Positions 11,701-20,700 of a stretch of 64,000 nt of DNA are shown in pieces. Position 1 is the stretch's first letter. Each line of letters opens with the position of its first letter. The DNA is from Heterodontus francisci (lineage: Eukaryota). The notes beneath the pieces are model-generated. The model saw only the letters and a list, made by a program, of their open reading frames with translations, did not search any database and had not been told where the DNA came from. Both the position numbers and the translations under genes were made by a program. Location: positions 5,765,394 to 5,829,393 of the forward strand of contig NC_090406.1 in NCBI RefSeq assembly GCF_036365525.1. The letters are read 5' to 3'.

Positions 11701-14700
11701 CCGATCCCATGCCATCCTCTGCTTCCAAGCAAAATCCCTGTTTCACATGTTAAACAAATTGATTTATTCAACATCTGCAAAGCAGTGCCCTTTTAAGGAG
11801 TGCTGAAGAATCCAGTATGGCATGCAGCGTGCCTTCATTCTGCACTGGGAGTCCTCTGCATGCCAAATTGGTTAGTGGTTCCCAAAGAAGTAACTTTCAA
11901 AAGAGATTCGGATAAATACTCGAGGAGGAACACATTTGCAGGGCTTTGGGGAAAGAGCAGGGGAGCGGTACTATTTGGATAACTGTTTCAAAGAGCCAGC
12001 ACAGGCACCAGGGGCCAAAATGGCCTCCTTCCGTTCTGTGCAATTCACTTAAATATTTTGTAAAAAGTGTAGAGATGCTCACACCAAACTTCTACTGAGC
12101 TCTGACGGTCAGTACTATTTGCACCACTGCTGATTTTACAGATGTAAACTCCTCCATCCTGGGCTCGCAGCTCATGAATAAACAGCGTTGAACGGCCGTG
12201 TGCACCGGTGATGTTCCAATGCTGAGTGGTCCTGGTGCCTGAGCCAACCTTCCTCCAGGTGATTGTGGGAAGAGGGTCACCATCCGCACTGCAGGAGATT
12301 GACAGCAGATCTCCTACTCTTTTCACAGTGTGAGTTGGTTCTATCCAGATATTGTGTAGCCCATCTGTATTTAACAAAGAGACTATTTCAACCGTGAGAT
12401 ATCAAAGTGACATGATTAAAAACATGAATACAAAATAAGACAAGTTCACAGAGGAGATCCATATCAAAGGAAAGTGACAGGAGTCTTTTCGAAATGGGAC
12501 GATGGGGCGGTGGGGAGGGCCTCAAACAACACCTTTAAAGTCATTTCACCATCAGGGACCCCTTTTAAAGCCTCTGGTGTCACTGACAGGAAATGCTCAA
12601 TGAGGCCGGGAATTCAAATCTGAGTCCTCACCCTGAGATGGGTCCCGGGCACCTCCATGCCCTGCATCAGGCCTTGGGGAGAACTCCCCTGCTCTTCTTC
12701 AAATAGTGTCTGGGTGTCTTTTGCCACAGATGCTGCCAGACCTCCTGAGTATTTCCAGCATTTACTGTTTTTATTTGAACTGACATTCTCTGGGTTACTG
12801 CTTCAGCAACAGAACCACTACACTGCTGTACTGCCAAAGCTGCATCAGCTTGGAGTAGAAAATTTGAATACACTCTTCCAATGTGACAATTCGGGAACCA
12901 GTTTCATTGTGACTACAGCAAGGTGGTGTTTGCAAGAGGACCCCTGAGTTGCTGAAGACTAAGTTTCATAAAATCACTTTAGTCCATGAAAGCCACTCAT
13001 TATTGTTAACAAATTCAACCTTGTAACATAGGGACAGGAATAGGCCACCCAGCACCTCAAACCTAGTCTGCCATTCAATTAGATCATGGCTGATTTGTAT
13101 CTTAACTCCATCCACTTCCTTGCTTCCATATCCCTTATTTCCCTTGGCTAACAAAGATCTATCAGTCGCAGTTTTGAAATTTTCAGTTGACTTCCAGCCT
13201 CAACAGCTTTTTGGGGGAAGAGAGTTCCAGATTTCCACTCCCCTTTGTGTGAAGAAGTGCTTCCTGACATCACCCCTGAACGGCCTGGCTCGAATTTTGA
13301 GGTTCTGCCCCCTTGTTCTGAACTCCCCCCACCAGAGGAACTAGTTTCTCTTTATGAAATCATCGAATGATAATGGAGGTCAGCTGGCTCGTCACAACTG
13401 TACCTGCTAATTGATAGAGCAGTCCCATTTCCTCCCCTCTTTCCCATACCCCTGTAAGTGTTTCCTTTTCAAGTATTTATCCAATTCCTGTTTGAAAGTT
13501 ATTATTGAATCTTCTTCCACTGCCCTTTCAGACAGTGCATTCCAGATCACAACAACTCACTCGGGTTTTCGCATGTCACCTCTGGTTCTTTTGCCAATTA
13601 TCTTAGATCTGTGCCCTCTGGTTACTGACGCTCCTGCCACTGGAAATATATATTCTACCAAAACTCTTCCTGATTTTGAGCACCTCTATCAAATCTCTTG
13701 ACCTGCTCTGCTCTTAGAAGAACTCCAACTTCTCCAGTCTCTCCACTAACTAAAGTTCTTCCCCCTCCCCCCCACCCCCCCCACCCCAGTATCATTCTCA
13801 CCACCTTTGCCAGGGAAATTAGGGTTGGGCAAAAAATGATGTCCTTGCCAGCAACACACTCATCCAGTGAATGAATATTTTTTAAAAATCCTCTGCACTC
13901 TCTCCAAAGTCTGGACATTCTTCCTGAAGTGCAGTGTCCAGAACTGGACACAATACCCAATCGAATCCTTTAATTGCCTTAAAAACCTCAAACCAGAGAC
14001 TAGAATTGCACAGAAACAGGCCATTTGACCCAACCAGGCTGTGCTGGTGATTATACCCCACAGGAGTCTCCGCCCTACCATTTCATTTGCCTCATCTTAT
14101 CTCTCTCTATTCCCGTTTCTCTCATGCACTCTAGTTTCCTTTCAAAGCATTTTGAAATCAATTTATTTCCCTATTGGATTCATGAACTATCACGTATTTA
14201 TGCCCCCAGTTTTGGAATTTAACTCGCAAAGGTGCGTCCGTGCAAACAATGGGCACTCACTGTAAAGATGCAGCTCCAATGAGCTGTTCTGCTCCCTGAA
14301 TCCCACGGAGTTCAGACCCAAGCGAAGCTGACAGGTGAACGTGAGGTCTCTGCTCCTGGTGCTGGTCTTGTAGTTTACTCGAGAGATTACGTTACACGTC
14401 AAACCAGAGTTCCAAATCGGTTCTGCTTTCTGAGTCTCGAACACCTCAAAGTTGTGATACCAAAGGACATTTATGTTGTGACAAGGATAAAGATCCCGTG
14501 CTGAACATTGCAGGGTGATAGTTTGCCCAGACACAGGATTGAGTGACTGCAATTCCACTTTGGGACTGTGTGGGAAGGCTGAAAGAAAAGGCAGACTTTA
14601 TACACCTCTGCAATTAGATTGCTCTAGTCTGTATTGCCCTCCCCTCCATTCTCTCTCTACCTGTTTCTGCATCTCTCTCCAGTCTGTCTCTGTTCAAATA

Positions 14701-17700
14701 TATCTGCAATATTGACTCTCTCTCTCCCCCTGTCTCTTGCCTTCGATCTGTCTCTCTGTTTCCTCCTGTCTCTCTGACCCAAAATCTTTCTTTAATGGTG
14801 TATAAAGGGCAGGGGTGTAACGAGCCATACGAATTTCTGCCCCCAAGAGACTTCGCACGGTTGTTTTTCATTTCCCGAGCGCTCTCACTTACAGTAAACT
14901 GTTAGAAAGACCTCCTTGCTGGAGAATTTTCCTGCACAGGTGATGGTGCATTTATAATCCGCCTCATACGCCTCCAGCACCTTGTCGATTCGTAGAAGCG
15001 TCTTGGAGTGGGAAGGAATCTCTTTTCCCGGTGCTAAGTCGATGGTTTTCTCCCATCTTGGCCGGCCACTCGGACACTGAGACACACATGTTAACTCCAC
15101 CGCCTCTCCGCTCTTTACAACAGGGGCTTCCGGGAAAATGAGCAGAATCTCTTCACTCACTGTCACAAGGACTGGAGAGAAAAAACATATTGAGCTTAGC
15201 CAATAAACCATCGAACACTTGAAAAATGGTGCTGGGAGTGTTTGATGGGGACAGTGTAGAGGGATCTTTACTCTGTATTTAACCCCCGTTTTTTTTTTCC
15301 TTTATTAAAACCAGAAACAAAACAAAACTCAAATTAAAATGCCATTCTCGGCGTTGACAATGCACTCCAGTCCCAGCGGTGCCCACCGGCTGCGGAAGGC
15401 CTCAAGCGTACCGGCAGACACCGCATGCTCCTTCTCCAGGGACACCCGGGCGCGAACATAACCGCGGAAGAGGGGCAGGCAATCGGGGAGGACGGACCCC
15501 CCGACGGCCCGCAGCCTGGACCTGTGAATTGCCACCTTGGCCAGAACCAGGAGCAGACCGATGAGGAGATCCTCCTCCCGGCCCAAGCCCCTCCGCACCG
15601 GGTGCCCAAAGATCAGGAGCGTGGGGCTGAAGTGCAGCCAGAACTTGAGGAGCAGCCCCTTCAGATACTCAAATAGGGGCTGCAACCTCGCACACTTCGT
15701 ATATATGTGAAACACGGACTCGTCCAGGCCACAGAAAGTACAGGCGGCCTGGGAATCCATGAACCTACTTAAAAGTCTATTGCACGGGACTGCTCTGTGC
15801 AGCACCGTCCACCCCAGGTCCCCGATGTAAAGAGGGAAGACTCCCGTGTAGAGAGACCTCCATCAGGGTTTCCCCTCGCCACCAGATGGCAACGCGGACC
15901 GCCAGGGCGTGTCGGGCCGGCTGACGAGGGCGAGGAAGTGGAAAGTGTGCAGGAGCAGCCCGTACAGGAAACCCCTCCATGCCGATTGGAATGGCACGGA
16001 GGGCCTTTCTGAGAGGCGGCTCTGGTTGTGCTGGACCGGCTCCTGAGGAGGGTTTCGGGGCCTGGGTCTGATGAGCAGTTCTGGCCGAACGGGGTTCAGC
16101 TCGGTCGGGAGCATTCCGCACTCGAGTCCCCTCGCCACCCGCAGTGAGGGGCGTCCCGGGGGTTTCGGCTACTCCTGCGCCCGGACAGCCGAGGCACTCA
16201 TCTCCGCCGGTGGGGGAGCACCCTGACTGGAGGCGACCATGTTCCAGACTCGGAATAGATCCCAGTAAAAGACAGGCAACTCCCTCAGAGAAGCGCGACT
16301 AACGGACTCCACCGGGAGCTGCGTGTCGTCTTGAAGGCAGTGACACTGGCAGAAAAAATACGTCGCCAGCGCACACCATCCAGGAGGACGCTTGACGTAC
16401 AGGTATCTCTGCAGGGTCCGAAGGCGGAGAGTCGCAGACTGGGTGCGGACGCACACCAGCAACTGGCCGCCCTCCTCGATCGGGAGACTCAGGACCGCGT
16501 CAGAGACCCAGTGTTTCCTCTTGCCCCAGAAGAAATCGACGAGTTTCTTCTGGATCTTGTTGGCAAATGCAGGGGGCGGGGCCAAAGTGACCAACCGGTA
16601 CCACAACATGGAGGCCACCAGTTGGTTTATGACCAGCGCTTGGCCCCTGCAGGAAAGCACTCGGAGCAGTCCTGTCCAGCGCCCCAGCCGAGCAATGACT
16701 TTCGCCTCCAACTCCTGCCAGTTTGCCGGCCAGGCTTCCTCAGCGGGGCCAAGGTGGACTCCCAGATAGAGGAGGTGCGTGGTGCTCCACGCAAAAGGTG
16801 TCATCTCCTCCGGCAGGGAGTCCACCCGCCACTGACCCACCAGGAGTCCGGAACATTTCTCCCAATTGATCCTCGTGGAGGACGCGGCAGAAAAAGTCTG
16901 CTGGCAGATGCGCATCCTCCGCAAGTAAACAGGATCTGTGACCGCGAGGAGCACATCATCGGGTAAGCCGATAGGACAACCCGCATGGCCGGCTCGCGCA
17001 GAGCCAATCCCGTCAACCTCCTGCGAAGCAGGCACAGGAAGGGCTCCACGCAGATGGTATACAATTGGCCGGACATGGGGCATCCCTGACGCAATCCTTT
17101 CCCAAAGCGAAGGGGCGCCGTCAAGGACCCATTAACTTTGACTAGACACTCTGCGGCGGCGTATAAAAGTCAGACCCGGGCCACGAAATGCGGCCCGAGT
17201 CCGAAAGCGCGCAGAGTCCCGAAAAGGTATTCGTGATCCACCCTGTCGAACGCCTTCTCCTGATCGAGGGAGAGAAAGGCGACCGACTGACCAGTCCTCT
17301 GGGAAAGATGGATCAGGTCCCGGACCAGGTGGATGTTGTCCTGGATGGACCGGCCCGGGACCGTGTAGGACTGGTCAGGGTGGATCATGTGGGCCAGCAC
17401 GGAGCCCAGGCGGGTAGACATAGCCCGGGCAAAGATCTTATAATCCGTGCTGAGGAGGGAGACCGGATGCCAGTTTTTAAGCAGGCGGAGATCGCCCCTC
17501 TTTGGCAGCAGGACGATGACCGCCCTGCGCCATGAAAGGGGCATCTCCCCCAGGACCCGCGCGAAATCGTCCCCCAGGACATCCCAGAATGCCCTGAGGA
17601 ACTCCACGGTCAACCCATCCAGCCCTGGGGATTTGCCCCTCGAGGGCTGGTGGAGGGCGCCAGTCAGCTCCGCCACGTAAGCGGAGCCTCCAATTCTTCG

Positions 17701-20700
17701 GCGCTCTCCGGGCTGACCTGCAGCAGGTCCTCCCACAAAACTCTGCGCGCATCCTCGCTGGACGGATCCGGAGAGAACAACGCACTGTAATAAGTACGGA
17801 CCAGGAGGCCCATTCCCTCCGGATCCGTGATGGAGGATCCGCCGTCGGCCAGCAGCTCAACGAGCTGCTTACGGACCCCCCGCCATTTTTCCAGCGAGTA
17901 GAAGAAGGGTGAGGCGCGGTCCAAATCTTCCAGGATCTGGATCCGCGACCTCACGTACGCGCCTCGGGACCCTATGAGCTGCAGGTCCCTCAGCGCGCCC
18001 TTTTTCTCTTTGTACGCCTGCCACAGGGCTGGGTCCGCGATGGCATGACCGAGGCGGGACTCCAAGTCGAGCACCTCCCTCTCTAGGCGTCCGATCTCGG
18101 CTTCCCGCCTCTTGGTCGACCCCTTCGCGTACTCCTGACAGAAGACGCGGATGTGAGTCTTGCCCACATCCCACCATAGCCTCAAGGAGGGGAAGCCCCC
18201 CTGCTTCCTTCTCCAGTCGGCCCAGAATCGACAGAACGAGTCCCGAAATCGCACGTCCTCCAGCAGCCGGTTGTCAAAGTGCCAGTACGCGGACCCCGCC
18301 CGCGTGCGTGGCAGAGTGAACTCCGCCCACACCAGGTGGTGGTCCGAGCACGGCACCAGCCACATGGAGGCCGCCGAGACACGGGAGACGTACGCCTGCG
18401 AAATGTAGAGGCGGTCGATTCGGGACCCTCCTCCTCCAGACCTCCACGTGAAGGCGCTGGAGTCAGGATGGAGATTCTGCCAGACGTCCACCAAGTTAAG
18501 GGAGCTGATCAGTCCCCTCAACTTCTCCACCGACGCTTGGCCGCGCTGGGGACCGGAATGATCCCCCACCTCGAGGGTGCAGTTAAAATACCCCCCGAGG
18601 ATGATGCACTCGCCGCTATCAATGGAGCTCAAGAGAGCGGACACTTCTTCAAAGAAGCACGCTTGCAACGCGCCGGGCCTGGGCGCGTACACGTTCACAA
18701 AGTGGAGCGGCACGCTACCCAGGCGAACGGCGAGGTGGAGCAAGCGGCCCGGCACTAGCTCCTTGACCCCCAAGATCTCCGGCTGAAAAGTCGGGGCCAA
18801 CAAGATAGCCACCCCAATAGAAATAGGGGTGAGGTGACTCATGTAGACCCCATCCTGCCATTCCAGGAGCCAGGTGGCTTCGTCTCCCGGAACGGTGTGG
18901 GTTTCCTGCAGAAAGCTCACCGCGTATCTCCCTTCCCTGAGGACTGAGAGATTGTGAAATCTGCGGTGAGACCCCCTGCTGCCGTTGATGTCGAGGCTGG
19001 CTATGGTTATCTTCATGTCAAAAGTACTTAAAACCCATCACCAACAGCTCACTGTGAGGAGGGAGTGGAAGTGTACCTGGCCTTCCACTCCCCCAGCAAC
19101 CCATTGAGGAACACATTAAAACAGCGCCTCTAAACCAGTTTCACGCCCGCGTGCTTGCCCGCTTTCTTCAGGGCGGCACGGACGGACTGTATGATCAGCG
19201 CCAGATTCGACCAACGGCCGAGGGCCAGCTGAACTTTATCGCAGCAACCCCTGCAAGCTGCGAGGAAATCCCGGAGTTCCGCCGTGGGGATGAGAGGAGA
19301 TTCGGTGGGAGGCACGAGGGACTCCACCACCTCACTGGCGATGGAATCAAGGTCATCCTCCTTGCCCCACACCGAATCCCCATCCTCCTCCGGGTCGTCA
19401 CCGCCAGCGGCCGACACATCCACCACACATTGTGGGGCGGACGTCCCGGCCGCGCCAGCTGATCCCGCCGTCACGATCCCACCCATAGGATCGATGGTGG
19501 AGGAGTCCTCTCTGGTTTCTATTGTGAAACTGGAGCCTGTGGGCGCCAGCAGCTCAGGACCCCCCTCCACCTCCGTCCCCAGGCCAATGAGTGGTCCAAG
19601 GGAGACAGAAGTACCCGACTCCGGAAATCCAGCTGGAGCCGAGACTTGAGGCGGAGAGAGGAGGCCATCTCCCGCTCCGCCAGCACCCACAGACCCAGCA
19701 GATGGGGCAGCATTCTCGGTTATAACCGGGTCGGGTGTCTCCTGGTTGGTGGTGGACTCCGGCTGGGAGGGCCGACCCTTTGGGACCCCGCCCTCCCCTC
19801 TACTCAGGGCACCCGACCCAGTGGCAGTGGCAGAATGGGCGGCGTCCCCAGGCTCCCCCATCACAAGCAGGGCTCCACTGGCTTCCCCCGGAGGGGCCAC
19901 ATGTACAGGTGTCTCCCCCTCTCCTCCATCCTGAGGAATAGGGAGCTCCTGCTCAGACTTTGCAGCCTTGATGTTGGTGGTGGTGGTAAGGGGAACCTGA
20001 GGACCCAAAACAGGAGACAGCTCCCCTCCAACAGATGGACCCTGCACCTCAGGGCCCCTCGTTACCTCTGTGGAGGGGTGCCTTCTCCTCTTTTTCCCAC
20101 TAGGGCGCAGAGGCTCAGAGACCTCCATGTCATCAGAGGCCTCCGCACCCTCCTTTTTTTTTTAGTCACCCTAGGCCTGAGCCCAGCCCTAGGACAGGTG
20201 GATTCCGTGAGAACAGGCTTTGGGCTGAGCTCAGGCTCAGGTTGTTTCAATGTGTCCAGGGGACGCACCTCTTGATGTTTCTTTTGCCTCCGCGTCTTCG
20301 TTCCACTCGGACGGGCACTCCCTTCCCTGCTGAAGGCTGTGAAAACTACAGCCTCCGTTGGATGTGTGGGGGGAGTGGGAGGAGGTGCTGTGGAACCACC
20401 CTGGGCCGCCGAGGTGGAGCTGGCAGCCGGGAGGTTGGAGCAGTTCTTACGAACATGCCCCACGCCCTTGCAGATGTGGCACCGCGCCCCGTCCGAGGTC
20501 CAAAAGACGCGGTAGGCCGTCCTCTGGAAATCCACATTAAATTGGCCCTCCGAGACCTCCTCCCGCGCCAGCTGCATAAATAGCTGGCGGCGGAAGGAGT
20601 AGACATTCCGGAGGCTGTTAGCCCGAAGACCGAGCGGGACTGGGGTGATCCCCGACCTCACCTCCCCCAGATGGTGCAGGTGGGGGAGGAGGAGCTCACT

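Larger units (their letters stand above)
8040..12045. repeat. Tandem segmental duplication (~1.8-1.9 kb period) carrying the duplicated Ig exon
   Basis: ~8314-8770 matches ~10243-10700 almost exactly (offset 1929); ~9520-10060 matches ~11320-11810 less well; related LINE-tail fragments at ~8040-8190, ~10105-10245 and ~11890-12045. Confidence 0.9.

Noticed and set aside
11568-11780. Possible extra exon of the Ig gene (TTTGCAG|ATG)
   Set aside because: No Ig, TM or cytoplasmic features; the paralogous copy near 9800-10010 has indels relative to it.
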